Assembly (NCBI GenBank): GCA_965660855.1
Contig: CBFIBM010000003.1
Span: forward strand, 86,382-150,381
Length of the DNA stretch: 64,000 nt
DNA from: an uncultured bacterium
GTDB taxonomy: Bacteria > Fidelibacterota > Marinisomatia > Marinisomatales > UBA1611
Direction: 5' to 3'
The stretch's first letter is position 1; each line of letters starts with the position of its first letter. Below the pieces are notes generated by a model. The model ran no database searches. It was given only the letters and a program-made list of their open reading frames with translations, and was not told the DNA's origin. The position numbers were made by a program, and so were the translations under genes. Below are positions 29,532 to 41,600 of this stretch, piece after piece.

Positions 29532-30473
29532 ATGGAAAAGTTGATTACACTAAAATCAGTTAGTTTTTTAGATATATTTGGTTCTGGTGATGAATATTTA
29601 AAATTAATTGAGAAATCTTTGAATGTTACAATTTTTTCAAGGGGAAATAAGGTTAAGATCAGTGGTGATAAAAAAAATACCCTTGCTGCTTATGATACCA
29701 TTTTGGAGATGATTGAAATTATTTCTAAGACTAAATATTTATCAAAAAATGACATTCAAAAAATAATAGCAATAGCACAGAATGAACACTCTGAGGAATC
29801 TATTGATTTAAGTAAAGTTATTGTTAAGGGTAAAAATGGAGACGTAAAGACTAAAACTATTGGTCAACAAAATTACATTGAAAAAGTAAGAAAAAATGAT
29901 ATAGTTTTTAGCATTGGGCCAGCTGGTACTGGAAAAACATTTATAGCTGTAGCGTTAGCAGTGAATTATTTGAGACAAAGTAGGATAAATAAAATTATCC
30001 TTTGTCGCCCTGCTGTTGAAACGGGAGAGAGTTTGGGGTTCCTTCCAGGAGATTTGAAAGAAAAAATTGACCCTTATTTAAATCCTCTTTATGATTCATT
30101 AAGATATTTATTACCAGAAAAGATTTTAACTAACTATATTGAGAATAAACTAATTGAAGTTGCTCCGTTAGCCTATATGCGCGGCAGAACACTTGACAAT
30201 TCATTTATAATATTAGACGAGGCACAGAATGCAACGGTGGCTCAAATGAAAATGTTTTTAACGAGGCTTGGTATAGGTTCTAAGTCAGTAATCACAGGAG
30301 ATCTCACTCAAATAGATTTAAAAAGAAAAGTTGACTCAGGATTACTTCAAGCAATAAAAATATTGAAAAATTTGGACGGTTTGGGTTTTGCTACATTGAA
30401 TGAAACTGATATTGTTCGACATCAGCTTGTTACAAAAATTGTTAAGGCATATGAGAAATTTGAAGCAAGATGA
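29532..30473 (+). CDS. phoH: PhoH-family ATPase
   Basis: Walker A GPAGTGKTF, ILDEAQN, ITGDLTQIDL. Confidence 0.9.
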   Translation: MEKLITLKSVSFLDIFGSGDEYLKLIEKSLNVTIFSRGNKVKISGDKKNTLAAYDTILEMIEIISKTKYLSKNDIQKIIAIAQNEHSEESIDLSKVIVKGKNGDVKTKTIGQQNYIEKVRKNDIVFSIGPAGTGKTFIAVALAVNYLRQSRINKIILCRPAVETGESLGFLPGDLKEKIDPYLNPLYDSLRYLLPEKILTNYIENKLIEVAPLAYMRGRTLDNSFIILDEAQNATVAQMKMFLTRLGIGSKSVITGDLTQIDLKRKVDSGLLQAIKILKNLDGLGFATLNETDIVRHQLVTKIVKAYEKFEAR

Positions 30474-30560
30474 GATTTTTATTAAGTTTCTTGCTATGGG
30501 CAGTTAATGAAATTATTTATTAAATTCTTTACTAGTTTTTATACTATAATGAAGGATTAA

Positions 30561-31745
30561 ATGGGTAATAAATCAGTAATTATTAAGGCAAAAAGGACCC
30601 CAATTGGATCTTTCCAAGGAAAACTCTCAAGTTTTTCTTCTCCAGAACTTGCCGCTGAAGTGATAAAAAGTATTCTAAGGACTGTGAACTTGGGAAAATA
30701 TAAACCTGACGAAATTATCTTGGGTAATGTTTTAACTAGCGGACTTGGGCAAGCACCAGCAAGGCAAGCAGCAATATATGGAGGATGTGGTAAATCAATT
30801 GAAACATTAACAATAAATAAAATGTGTGGTTCTGGTTTAAAAGCAGTAATGCTCGCAGATCAAGCAATAAGATCTGGAAATGCTAACATAATTTTAGCAG
30901 GTGGAATGGAAAGTATGTCGAACTCTCCTTATTTATTAAATAAAGCTAGGTCTGGGTTTAAACTAGGACATGGTAGAATAATTGACAGTGTAATTCATGA
31001 TGGTCTTTGGGACGCTTACAATAATAAACATATGGGAAACTTTGCAGAAATGTTAGCTAAAGATCAAGGATATAGTCGAAAAGAGCAAGATGCATATGCA
31101 ATATTATCTTATGAAAAAGCATTAAAATCTCAATTAAATAACTCTTTTGATTCAGAAATAATTCCAATTATATATAACGATAAGAAAAAAAATAAAATTG
31201 AAGTATTTCAAGATGAGGAACCTCAAAAAGTATCTTTTGATAAAATTGAGAAGTTAAAACCTGCTTTTGACCCCGAAGGAACAATCACGGCTGCAAATGC
31301 ATCATCTCTCAATGATGGTGCTTCAGTTTTATTAATTATGAATGAAGAAAAGGCTAGAGATTTGGATTTGAATCCAATAGCAAAAATAATTTCTCATTGC
31401 TCATACGCTCATGAGCCAGAATGGTTTACTACCGCTCCATCCAAAGCAATCGATAAGGTTTTAAAAAAAGCTTCAATGAGCCATAATGATATAGGTTTAT
31501 GGGAAATAAATGAGGCATTTTCAGTTGTCGCAATGTCTGCAATAGATAATTATAAACTTGATATAGATTATGTGAATGTTTTTGGTGGTGCTGTTGCCTT
31601 GGGTCATCCAATTGGTGCATCAGGAGCAAGAATTTTAACAACCTTATTAAATGGTATGAATAAAAAAAATATTGACGTTGGTTTAGCTGCAATATGTATT
31701 GGTGGTGGTGAAGCGTCAGCAATGATTGTGGAAAAATTTGATTAA
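30561..31745 (+). CDS. acetyl-CoA C-acetyltransferase (thiolase II)
   Basis: Active-site NKMCGSGLKA, NVFGGAVALGHPIGASGARI, CIGGGEASAMIVE. Confidence 0.9.
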   Translation: MGNKSVIIKAKRTPIGSFQGKLSSFSSPELAAEVIKSILRTVNLGKYKPDEIILGNVLTSGLGQAPARQAAIYGGCGKSIETLTINKMCGSGLKAVMLADQAIRSGNANIILAGGMESMSNSPYLLNKARSGFKLGHGRIIDSVIHDGLWDAYNNKHMGNFAEMLAKDQGYSRKEQDAYAILSYEKALKSQLNNSFDSEIIPIIYNDKKKNKIEVFQDEEPQKVSFDKIEKLKPAFDPEGTITAANASSLNDGASVLLIMNEEKARDLDLNPIAKIISHCSYAHEPEWFTTAPSKAIDKVLKKASMSHNDIGLWEINEAFSVVAMSAIDNYKLDIDYVNVFGGAVALGHPIGASGARILTTLLNGMNKKNIDVGLAAICIGGGEASAMIVEKFD

Positions 31746-32880
31746 TTTTAACTTGACTGAAGAGCAATTGATGGTGCAAAAAACTGCACAAGAATTTGCT
31801 AGGACTCATTTAGAACCTGGTGTTTTAAAAAGAGACGAATTATCTCATTTCCCAAAAGAGCAAATTAAAATGATGGGAGAGTTGGGCTTTATGGGAATGA
31901 TGGTTCCTGAAAAATGGGGTGGTTCGGGGATGGACACTTTAAGTTTTACTTTAGCAATTGAAGAAATTGCATCAGTGGAGTTGGCTTCTTCAACAATAAT
32001 GTCTGTTAATAATTCTTTAGTGTGTCAAGTTTTAGAAGATTGGGGTACAGAATATCAGAAAATTAAATATTTGAAAGATTTATCAAGTGGTTTGAAGCTA
32101 GGAGCATATTCTTTAAGTGAACCGCAATCAGGATCAGATGCTAGTAATATGAAAGCTGTAGCTAAAAAAAGTGGCAACTCGTATATTATAAACGGCGTTA
32201 AAAACTGGGTTACAAATGGTGAAAGTTCTGATTTTATTATTTTATTCTGCGTAACTGGAAATACTGAAAAAGGAAAAGAAATTTCTGCATTCATAGTAGA
32301 TAAAAAATTTGATGGGATTAAAACTGGTAAAAAAGAAGATAAATTAGGGCTTAGGGCTTCGGATACATGTGAGATATATTTTGAAAATTGCATTGTTCCT
32401 CAGGAAAATCTTTTAGGAAAACTTGGTGATGGTTACAGAATTGCAATGAAAACTTTAGGCGGAGGTAGAATTGGTATTGCGGCCCAATCAGTTGGTTTAG
32501 CAAGGGCAGCATTGGAAAAAGCAATCTCATATTCAAAGGAAAGAGAACAATTTGGGAAAAAAATTAATCAATTTGGGTCCATAAGAAATAAAATAGCAGA
32601 TATGGCAACAAATATTGATGCAGCTAGATTACTTGTTTGGAAAGCCGCATTTTTAAAAGATCAAGGAGAACCTTACAATAAAGAGAGCTCAATGGCTAAA
32701 TTATTTTCATCAAATGTTGCTATGCAATCTGCAACTGAATGTGTCCAGATTCATGGTGGATATGGTTATATCCAAGAGTATGGAGTAGAGCGTTTAATGC
32801 GAGATGCTAAGATAACTCAGATATATGAAGGAACCTCAGAAATACAAAGAATTGTGATTAGCAGGGAACTAACAAAATAA
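31726..32880 (+). CDS. acyl-CoA dehydrogenase (short/branched-chain type)
   Basis: LTEEQ N-terminus, ...GSDA..., C-terminal catalytic-base region YEGTSEIQRIVISREL. TTG start at 31726 or 31738. Confidence 0.85.
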   Translation: MWKNLINFNLTEEQLMVQKTAQEFARTHLEPGVLKRDELSHFPKEQIKMMGELGFMGMMVPEKWGGSGMDTLSFTLAIEEIASVELASSTIMSVNNSLVCQVLEDWGTEYQKIKYLKDLSSGLKLGAYSLSEPQSGSDASNMKAVAKKSGNSYIINGVKNWVTNGESSDFIILFCVTGNTEKGKEISAFIVDKKFDGIKTGKKEDKLGLRASDTCEIYFENCIVPQENLLGKLGDGYRIAMKTLGGGRIGIAAQSVGLARAALEKAISYSKEREQFGKKINQFGSIRNKIADMATNIDAARLLVWKAAFLKDQGEPYNKESSMAKLFSSNVAMQSATECVQIHGGYGYIQEYGVERLMRDAKITQIYEGTSEIQRIVISRELTK

Positions 32881-32881
32881 A

Positions 32882-33895
32882 ATGATAAGTATAGATTGGG
32901 ATAAATTAGGTTTTGATGTAATACCAACAAAAAGTATGTTTAAGGCGACATGTAACCAAAATGGAAAATGGGAAAATGGATCCATAGTTCCATATGGGAA
33001 TATAGAATTATCACCAGCTGCAAATGTATTAAATTATGGTCAAGGTGCTTTCGAAGGTGTCAAGGCTTTTAGAACATCAAAAAATAATACTGTTTTATTC
33101 CGTGTTGATAAAAATGCAGCAAGAATGGCTCATTCTACTAAAAGATTATGTATTCCTGAAATGGATGTAGATTTTTTCATTGAATCTGTTATAAAAACTG
33201 TAAAAGATAATATTGAATACGTACCTCCTCATGGAAAAGGAAGTCTATATATAAGACCTGTTGTTTGGGGAACCTCAATTGGAATTGGTGTTAAACCAGC
33301 TACAGAGTACACTTTCATGATTTTTGTTACCCCGGTTGGACCATATTTTAAAAAAGGAATTAATCCATTAAACCTTAAAGTTACAGATCATTACCATAGA
33401 GCTGCTCCAAAAGGAATTGGAAATATCAAAGCAATAGGGAATTATTCTGCCTCACTTTTACCTTTAAGCGAAGCAAAAGATGAGGGGTTTGATGAAGTAA
33501 TCTATTTAGACGCGGCAAATGAAGAATATATTGAAGAGGTTGGTTCAGCTAATATGTTCATTATAAAGAGGGGTATTATTTATACCCCCCCTCTATCAGG
33601 GTCTATTCTTGGTGGGGTTACAAGGGATTCAGTTTGTTTAGTAGCAGAAAAAATACTAAAGATTCCTGTAAAAGAATTAAATATAAACTTTCAGGATTTA
33701 ATAAGCGCTGATGAAGTTTTTTGCACAGGAACTGCTGTTGTTGTTTCGCCTATTGGAAAAATATCTTTTAATGGATTAAACCATAAAATAAATAATAATG
33801 AAATGGGTAAGATTACAAAAAAAATTAGAGAAACAATTTTAGCTATTCAAAATGAGCAATTATCCGATGCTTATGATTGGTTAAAATATATCTAG
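32882..33895 (+). CDS. ilvE: branched-chain amino acid aminotransferase
   Basis: Fold-type IV PLP enzyme motifs (GQGAFEGVKAF, EEVGSANMF, GGVTRDSV, GTAVVVSPIG). Confidence 0.85.
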   Translation: MISIDWDKLGFDVIPTKSMFKATCNQNGKWENGSIVPYGNIELSPAANVLNYGQGAFEGVKAFRTSKNNTVLFRVDKNAARMAHSTKRLCIPEMDVDFFIESVIKTVKDNIEYVPPHGKGSLYIRPVVWGTSIGIGVKPATEYTFMIFVTPVGPYFKKGINPLNLKVTDHYHRAAPKGIGNIKAIGNYSASLLPLSEAKDEGFDEVIYLDAANEEYIEEVGSANMFIIKRGIIYTPPLSGSILGGVTRDSVCLVAEKILKIPVKELNINFQDLISADEVFCTGTAVVVSPIGKISFNGLNHKINNNEMGKITKKIRETILAIQNEQLSDAYDWLKYI

Positions 33896-33896
33896 G

Positions 33897-34322
33897 ATGA
33901 AAATACATTCAAGAAGGAAAGCAAGAGAAGGCGTACTGGAAGCGCTATTTTCACATCAATTTTCAGATGTTGAAAGGGAAATAACCATTAAACGTGTTTT
34001 AGAAAATGCACCTGAGAGAGAAGAAAATATTGCTTTTATTAATGCTTTATTTAATAGTGTAATGGATAATTATGAGTGGGCTGACCAAATAATAGAGACT
34101 CATCTTCAGAATTGGGAGTTTAATAGAGTTGCAAAGGTAGATAAAGTATTATTAAGAATGGGTATATGTGAAATTTATTTTCTAGATGATATACCCCCTA
34201 AAGTATCAATTAGTGAGATGGTTGAAATCTCAAAGGTCTATAGTACTGATGAAAGTCCTGTTTTTATAAATGGTATTTTGGATACAGTTTATAAAGATTT
34301 TCAAAAAAAAGGAAAAACATAA
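33897..34322 (+). CDS. nusB: transcription antitermination factor NusB
   Basis: RRKAREGVLEALF... and ...EMVEISKVYSTDESPVFINGILD. Confidence 0.85.
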   Translation: MKIHSRRKAREGVLEALFSHQFSDVEREITIKRVLENAPEREENIAFINALFNSVMDNYEWADQIIETHLQNWEFNRVAKVDKVLLRMGICEIYFLDDIPPKVSISEMVEISKVYSTDESPVFINGILDTVYKDFQKKGKT

Positions 34323-34324
34323 GA

Positions 34325-37300
34325 ATGATTTTTACAAAATTATTTGGTACAAAATCCGATAGGGAGATTAAAAAATTATCTAATATTATCTCTCAAATTA
34401 ATCAACAATACGAAAATTTAGCGTCACAAAGCGATGAAGGTTTAGTTGAAAGAACTAAAGAATTAAAAGAATTTGTAATGAACTCAAGAAAAGAGAAAGA
34501 GAATTCTTTACCTTCGAATATGGATCAAGAGGAAAGGAAAAAAGAAATTCTAAAAGCTGAGCAAGGTGCACTCGGTTTAATCATGGTGGAAGCTTTTGCA
34601 ATTGTTAAGGATGTCTCTAGGAGAATGTTTGGATCCTCATGGAGGGTCTCAGAGCATGAGATAACTTGGGAAATGATACCTTATGATGTTCAGTTAATTG
34701 GAGCTATCATTTTACATAATGGAAAAGTAGCAGAAATGAAAACTGGTGAGGGTAAAACACTTGTGGCGACAATGCCAATTTATTTAAATGCTTTAACAGG
34801 AAGAGGCGTCCATGTTATCACGGTAAATGATTACCTTGCTCAAAGAGATGCAGAATGGATGGGGCAAGTATACAAGCGGTTGGGTTTATCTGTTGGATAT
34901 ATTTTAAATTCAATGGACAATGTAGAAAGAAGAGAAATGTATAATCGAGATATTACCTATGGAACCAACAATGAGTTTGGTTTTGATTATTTAAGAGATA
35001 ATATGTCTTTAAGAAAAGAAGACAAGGTTCAGCGAGGGCATGCTTTTGCAATAGTAGATGAGGTTGATAGTGTCCTTATTGATGAAGCTAGAACGCCTTT
35101 AATAATATCAGGTGCTGTTGATGCTCCAGTAGATGAAACTTTTACAACTCTAAAACCTGGGGTGCAGCGATTAGTTAAAAAACAAACAAATTTAGTTGCA
35201 GACTTGGTAAGAGAAGCTCAAAGATTTCTTGAGGAAGGTGATGAAGAAAAAGCAGGCCTTAAACTTCTACAGGCTCAAAGAGGAATGCCAAAACATAAGC
35301 TTGTAATGAAGATTTTCCAAGAAACGGGTATGTTGAAACTAGCTCAAAATGTAGAGTCTGATCACATTAGAGATAAAAAAATGCATGAAGTTGATGATGA
35401 TTTATTTTTCTCAATTGAGGAAAAAAGTCATGTGATGGATATCACTGAAAAAGGACGAAATGTACTTTCACCTGAAAATCCTGATACATTTATTATTCCA
35501 GACTTAGGAGAGCTTTTACTAGAAATTGATGAAAATGAGAACCTTGATAAACTTGAAAAAGATAAGGAACGTGAAAAAGCACATCAATTGCACGCTGAAA
35601 GAAGCGGTACCATTCATAATTTTAATCAACTTTTAAAAGCATATACTTTATACGAGAAAGATGTCGAGTATGTGCTTGAGGGTGGGAAAGTAATGATCGT
35701 GGATGAGTTTACAGGCAGAGTCCTGCCCGGAAGAAGATATTCAGATGGACTCCATCAGGCTCTTGAGGCAAAAGAAAATGTACGAATAGAGCGTGAAACT
35801 CAAACTCTAGCAACTATTACAATTCAAAATTATTTTAGACTCTATGATAAACTAGCAGGTATGACAGGGACTGCTGAAACTGAAGCAGAAGAACTTGGTT
35901 CAATATATGGGTTGGATGTAACTGTAATACCTACACATAGACCCATATCAAGAGAAGATAGAGAAGATCTGGTTTATAAAACAAAACGTGAAAAATATAA
36001 TGCAGTTATTGACGAAATTATTGATTGCCATAAGAGAGGACAACCCGTTCTGGTTGGAACAATTTCTGTTGAAATTTCAGAGTTACTTGCACGGATGTTA
36101 AAAAGAAAAAGTATCCCTCATAATGTTTTGAATGCTAAACAGCATAAAAGCGAAGCAGAAGTTGTGAGTAGAGCAGGTCAAAATGGAGCAGTTACTATTG
36201 CTACAAATATGGCTGGAAGAGGAACTGATATTAAATTAGTTGATGGTATAAAAGAGCTAGGTGGCTTGCATATAATAGGAACAGAGAGGCATGAATCGAG
36301 GAGAATTGATTTACAGTTAAGAGGAAGAAGTGGAAGGCAAGGCGATCCTGGATCTTCTATATTTTATTTATCACTTGAAGACGATTTAATGAGACTTTTT
36401 AGTTCAGATAAAGTTGCTGCAATTATGGATCGAATGGGTATTGAAGAAGGTGAAGTTATATCGGCAAAAATGGTTACAAGAGCGATATCAAATGCTCAGA
36501 AAAAAGTAGAAGTAAGAAATTATGGTATTAGAAAACATTTACTAGAATACGATGATGTTATGAATCAGCAAAGGCAAGTTGTTTATGATATTCGTAATCA
36601 AGCTTTGGAGGGTGATAACCTAGATCAATCAGTCTCCTTACTATTAAATGATTTTATTGAAGAGGAACTTGAATCTCAAAGCCAAAATGGGACACCGGAT
36701 ATGTGGGAATGGGATTATTTAAGACAATATTTTTCAAGTCACGTTTTGGTTGATGTCGAGTATGATAAATTAAAAAAAGAATTAAAAAATGAAGATCCTA
36801 ACTTTGAGGAAATTTCAAATTGGATTAAAGAAAAAGCGAGTGCTATTTATAAAGCTAGAGAGTCTTTACTTGATGAAGAAGCAATGAAAGGTTTTGAGAG
36901 ATTTGTGATGCTCCGGACAATTGATGATAAATGGAAAGATCATCTCTACGGTATGGATCAATTACGAGAGGGTATTAATCTTAGAGCTTACGGCCAAAAG
37001 AACCCACTTTTAGAATATAAATCTGAAGGTTTTAAAATGTTTCAGGAGATGATGGCGGATATGAATGCTATAATAATCAAAAGATTATTTCGTACTCAGA
37101 TACAAGGATTAGATCAAGTAAATACAAACAATAGACGAGTTGTTAAAAATATGCAAACTTCTCACCAAGATACAACTGGTATGGGCTTTTCAGGGGGGCG
37201 AACTCAAGATAAGAACAATCAGCCTCAACAAGTCAGAGTTCCTCTGCAAGCGGAAGTAAAACATGGAAGAAATGAAAAAATTTCTGTAAGGGATCCTAAT

Positions 37301-37369
37301 GGTAACACAGTTGAAATAAAGTTTAAAAAATTAGAATCTTATCTCAAAAAAGGGTACACACAGGTTTAA
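34325..37369 (+). CDS. secA: preprotein translocase ATPase SecA (no C-terminal zinc finger)
   Basis: MKTGEGKTLV Walker A, VDEVDSVLIDEARTPLIISG, TNMAGRGTDIKL. The C-terminal tail has no Cys. Confidence 0.95.
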   Translation: MIFTKLFGTKSDREIKKLSNIISQINQQYENLASQSDEGLVERTKELKEFVMNSRKEKENSLPSNMDQEERKKEILKAEQGALGLIMVEAFAIVKDVSRRMFGSSWRVSEHEITWEMIPYDVQLIGAIILHNGKVAEMKTGEGKTLVATMPIYLNALTGRGVHVITVNDYLAQRDAEWMGQVYKRLGLSVGYILNSMDNVERREMYNRDITYGTNNEFGFDYLRDNMSLRKEDKVQRGHAFAIVDEVDSVLIDEARTPLIISGAVDAPVDETFTTLKPGVQRLVKKQTNLVADLVREAQRFLEEGDEEKAGLKLLQAQRGMPKHKLVMKIFQETGMLKLAQNVESDHIRDKKMHEVDDDLFFSIEEKSHVMDITEKGRNVLSPENPDTFIIPDLGELLLEIDENENLDKLEKDKEREKAHQLHAERSGTIHNFNQLLKAYTLYEKDVEYVLEGGKVMIVDEFTGRVLPGRRYSDGLHQALEAKENVRIERETQTLATITIQNYFRLYDKLAGMTGTAETEAEELGSIYGLDVTVIPTHRPISREDREDLVYKTKREKYNAVIDEIIDCHKRGQPVLVGTISVEISELLARMLKRKSIPHNVLNAKQHKSEAEVVSRAGQNGAVTIATNMAGRGTDIKLVDGIKELGGLHIIGTERHESRRIDLQLRGRSGRQGDPGSSIFYLSLEDDLMRLFSSDKVAAIMDRMGIEEGEVISAKMVTRAISNAQKKVEVRNYGIRKHLLEYDDVMNQQRQVVYDIRNQALEGDNLDQSVSLLLNDFIEEELESQSQNGTPDMWEWDYLRQYFSSHVLVDVEYDKLKKELKNEDPNFEEISNWIKEKASAIYKARESLLDEEAMKGFERFVMLRTIDDKWKDHLYGMDQLREGINLRAYGQKNPLLEYKSEGFKMFQEMMADMNAIIIKRLFRTQIQGLDQVNTNNRRVVKNMQTSHQDTTGMGFSGGRTQDKNNQPQQVRVPLQAEVKHGRNEKISVRDPNGNTVEIKFKKLESYLKKGYTQV

Positions 37370-37370
37370 T

Positions 37371-38537
37371 ATGGAAAATAAATTAAAGTTTATTACTAAA
37401 TCAATTCATGTAGGTAACAAGCCTGATTCTTTGACTGGAGCTGTAATACCACCCTTGAATATGACATCTACATTCCAACAAGAGAGTGTTGGTGTTAATA
37501 AAGGTTTTGATTATTCTAGGGCTGGGAACCCCACCACTAAAAGGTATGAGGAAAACATTGCTTCATTAGAGGCTTGTGATTTTGCAATCTCTTTCTCAAG
37601 TGGAATGGCCGCAATAGCTGCATTATTTCAGTTATTAAAAAAAGGAGACCATGTAGTAATCGGACGAAATACTTATGGTGGTACCTATAGGTTTACAACA
37701 CAAATATTAAAAAAGCATGGTTTTGAGTTTGATTTTGTTGATACAAGAAATATCAGTGAGATAAAATCTTCAATTAAGCCAAATACAAAATGGGTATTTG
37801 TTGAGACTCCGACAAATCCTTTACTTGAATTATGCGATATTAAAGAGACATCAGAATTATGTAAAAAGGAAAAAGTTTTTTTAGCAGTTGACAATACATT
37901 TATGAGTCCCTACGGACAATCTCCAATTGCATTAGGTGCAGATGTAGTTATGCATAGTGCAACCAAGTATATTGGAGGTCACAGTGATTTAATTTCAGGT
38001 GTATTGATAACCAATAAAAAGCCTATTGCTGATAGTTTATATTTTATACAAAAATCTGGAGGGGCAATCCCATCCCCTTTTGATTCTTGGCTTTTACTTA
38101 GAAGTACGAAGACTCTTGGACTTCGTGTGCAAAGACAATCTGATAATGCTTTTAAATTAGCAAAAATTTTGGAGGGGCATAATGCAATTAATTCTATCAT
38201 TTACCCAGGCTTAGAAAGTCATCCTCAAAATAAAATAGCTATTAAACAGCAATTAAACCCAGATGGAAAGCCTATTTTTGGGAGTGTTTTTTCAATAATA
38301 CTAAAATCATTAGAAAAAAGAGATGATTTTTTAAGAAAAATTAAGTTATTCACTTTAGCCGAGAGCCTAGGTGGTGTGGAAAGCTTAGTTTCAGTTCCAT
38401 ATGATATGACACATGTATCAGTTCCTGTTGAAGTGAAAAAGGATATGGGCTTACCAAAAACACTTGTAAGGTTATCGGTTGGCATAGAAGATTTAGAAGA
38501 TTTACGTTTAGATATTATGCAGGCACTTAAAGATTAA
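37371..38537 (+). CDS. Cys/Met-metabolism PLP enzyme (cystathionine beta-lyase/gamma-synthase family)
   Basis: SATKYIGGHSD (PLP lysine), ...ESLGGVESL... signature. Confidence 0.8.
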   Translation: MENKLKFITKSIHVGNKPDSLTGAVIPPLNMTSTFQQESVGVNKGFDYSRAGNPTTKRYEENIASLEACDFAISFSSGMAAIAALFQLLKKGDHVVIGRNTYGGTYRFTTQILKKHGFEFDFVDTRNISEIKSSIKPNTKWVFVETPTNPLLELCDIKETSELCKKEKVFLAVDNTFMSPYGQSPIALGADVVMHSATKYIGGHSDLISGVLITNKKPIADSLYFIQKSGGAIPSPFDSWLLLRSTKTLGLRVQRQSDNAFKLAKILEGHNAINSIIYPGLESHPQNKIAIKQQLNPDGKPIFGSVFSIILKSLEKRDDFLRKIKLFTLAESLGGVESLVSVPYDMTHVSVPVEVKKDMGLPKTLVRLSVGIEDLEDLRLDIMQALKD

Positions 38538-38655
38538 TTTATGAGTGATATATCGATAGAAAATCGTTATTTTATATAACCTTTATTAATATAAGATTTT
38601 AATAGTACTCACATTTTTTAATAATTTAAAGCTTTTAATATAGTTGGAGGATCTT

Positions 38656-41600
38656 ATGATCTCGATGAGAAAATATTTATTCAAATTTTTAATTGCAATT
38701 CTCCCCGCAAGTACGGTTTTATCAAACGTGATAATATCATTGGGAGATGTTGATGTCCAAGGTTATACTAATGAAATTATTGTGCCTGTAACTCTTGAAA
38801 ATCCAAATAGTACAGTTGGTGGATTTCAATTTGATTTTTCAACAAATGATGAGATCTTAACCATATCAGGAGTTTCTGCTATTGATTCAGAAAACTTTTC
38901 ATCTGACTATAATATTTTAAATAATGGAGATACTAGAGTGGTCTTCTTCACGATATCAGGTGATGGTATTGAATCAGGTAACGCTGGTACAGTCGTTAAT
39001 TTACACTTTGATGGATCAGACATCTTATCAGGATTTTTTAGTCTTGATGCATTTAATCTTACTGTTAGCGATGAGGATGGGACTATCGTAAATAGTCAAA
39101 TAAATGATGGATCCATAACTATCGGGACGGTTGTCTCAATGAGTGCAACATCTGATTCCGGAGATATAAATGAGCAAGTTGTAATCGATATTAATCTTAA
39201 TAATTCTGGTTTAGTTGGTGGTTTGCAATTTGATATTATAGATACACCCAATTACTTATCCGTGATTGGGTTATCTACTACTGACCGCTCAGAAGGATTT
39301 ACAATTGAATATAATGAACTCTCAGATGGCTTAACTAGAGTTTTAATGTTTAGTCCTGAAAACCAAAATATCGAGATTGGATCTGGTTCAATAGCTTCGC
39401 TACAAATGTTGATAGCTGAAAATGCATACAATTCAAACGTTGGAGTTAACTTTGAGAATGTTACAATTACTGACCCAATTGGAGGAATTTATTTTACAGA
39501 AAGTGCAGACTCAGGAACTGTAACGGTTACCCCTGGTTATATAGAAGAACCTCATAACCTGCAAGCTCAAGATGGTATGGATGCACAAGTTCTACTTAGT
39601 TGGGATGCTCCTTATGGGCCAATACCTCCAAATTTTGAAGAAGATTTCGAAGCAGGTTCAATTCCTGAGAATTGGAATTTAACTACAAATTCATCACAAG
39701 GATGGTTTATTACTCAAGATGGCTCAAGTGACTTTTGGTCAATACCTGCACATTCTTGGTATATGTGCTCAAATGATGATATGGCTGATGATGATGGGTC
39801 TGTAGATTATCTTATTATGCCTCCTCTTAACGTGAGTGGAGCAGAGAATATTGCACTTAATTTTGCATCCTATTATGATGGTGCGTATGGACAGTCTGCT
39901 CATATCGCGGTAAGCACAGATGGATCAAATTTCACGGAAGTAGCTGTACTCGATGCCGCAGCTGAATGGGTCATGGAAACTGTTGATTTATCTGAATTTT
40001 CTGGTGTACCAAATTTATATATTGCATTTCATTCAAATGATAATGGTGCATGGGCGTCAGGATGGGCTGTTGATGATGTTCTAGTATCCTTCGCTCTAAG
40101 AGATTCAGAGCGTTTTTTACACTACAACTTAACTGAATTTGGACAATGGGCTATGGATGCTTCAAAAGAAGATGTCCTTTCTCAATATGGGGGAGGTATT
40201 CCGTATAGCATGAAGGTTGACTTGAATAATCCGAATATTAATACAAGTAGACCTGTTACAATAGATGCATATAAGGTATATAAATCATTGAACAATAATT
40301 CAGATTTTGAAGAGGTTGCAGAAGTAGATGGATCTTTAACAACATATCTTGACGATGATGTTATTAATAGTACAATCTACTACTACTATGTTACAGCTAT
40401 TTATCCTGATGGCTCTGAATCAGGTCCAACAAATACAATCTCCGCAACCCCAGTTGAGTGGGTTGAGCTTTCATTAGATAATGGATATTCCCTGTCAGGG
40501 CAGATGGACACACTTGACTTTTACATAAATAATGAAAGTGATCTAGGTTTATTTTATTTTGAAATAATGGACTATCCCAATGTTTTGAATGGTCTAAACA
40601 TACTTTCAACTGAGAGAACTGAATCTTGGGCTTTAGAAATTGCAGACCAAGGAGATGGAACAATTGCAATTACTGGGATTAGTATCGGTGAGCCTCTTTT
40701 ACCAGGAAATGGACCAGTTTGTAGAGCTATTTTATACCCTGATGCTGAAGAAGAAATGGTTGTAAACCTTTCTTTTACTAGTGGCACTTCAATTCAAGAC
40801 GTTAATTACATTGATTTAAATTGGACTGCCGAAGGAGGCATATATGAAGTTGGTATAGAGACTCAGTATATTAACTTATATGGCGGATATGCTCTCTCAG
40901 GAGAAGAAACAGCTGGTTCAGTTTTCATGGAGACAACACAACCTGTTTACGCTATCGAATTTGATATCTTAGCAGATCCACCTTTTATTACTGGTACAGA
41001 TATTAATTTTAGTGAACTTCTAAATTTAGAAAATTGGACTGTATCAGGGTCGGATTTAGGTATTGGTTATAGAGTTACAGCTTATGATAATACTTTATCT
41101 AACCCAATAAGTCCTGGAGTCCGACACCTTGCAGATATTAATTATAATGTTTTAGATCAAATTCCTGAAGCTACCATTGTTAATATATCTGTCTCTGATC
41201 CAATTTTAGCAGACATGAATAATCTCTCTATGGTCACAGAAACAACTCCACATGCATTTTATATTGGTACTCCTCCAGCGGGGTGTACAATTGAAAATGC
41301 AACAGGACAATTAATACCCGGCGGTACAGGAGTATTTGAAATCCATATGGAGAATACAGAAACAATTAATATTTTAGAGTTTGAAATACAAGATATGCCA
41401 AACAATATGGCAGTAACAAATATTACTGGTGTAGGTAGGTTTGAAGATGGAACAATCGATGGTGGATCTGGAGAAACAGATGAAGGAAATATCTACTTCT
41501 TAGGATATGATTTTGCTACAGCAATTGAACCTGGAAGCGGAGCTATTCTCGAGATCGAAGTTGTATTCAATGAAAACATTAATAATTCATCAATTGTTTT

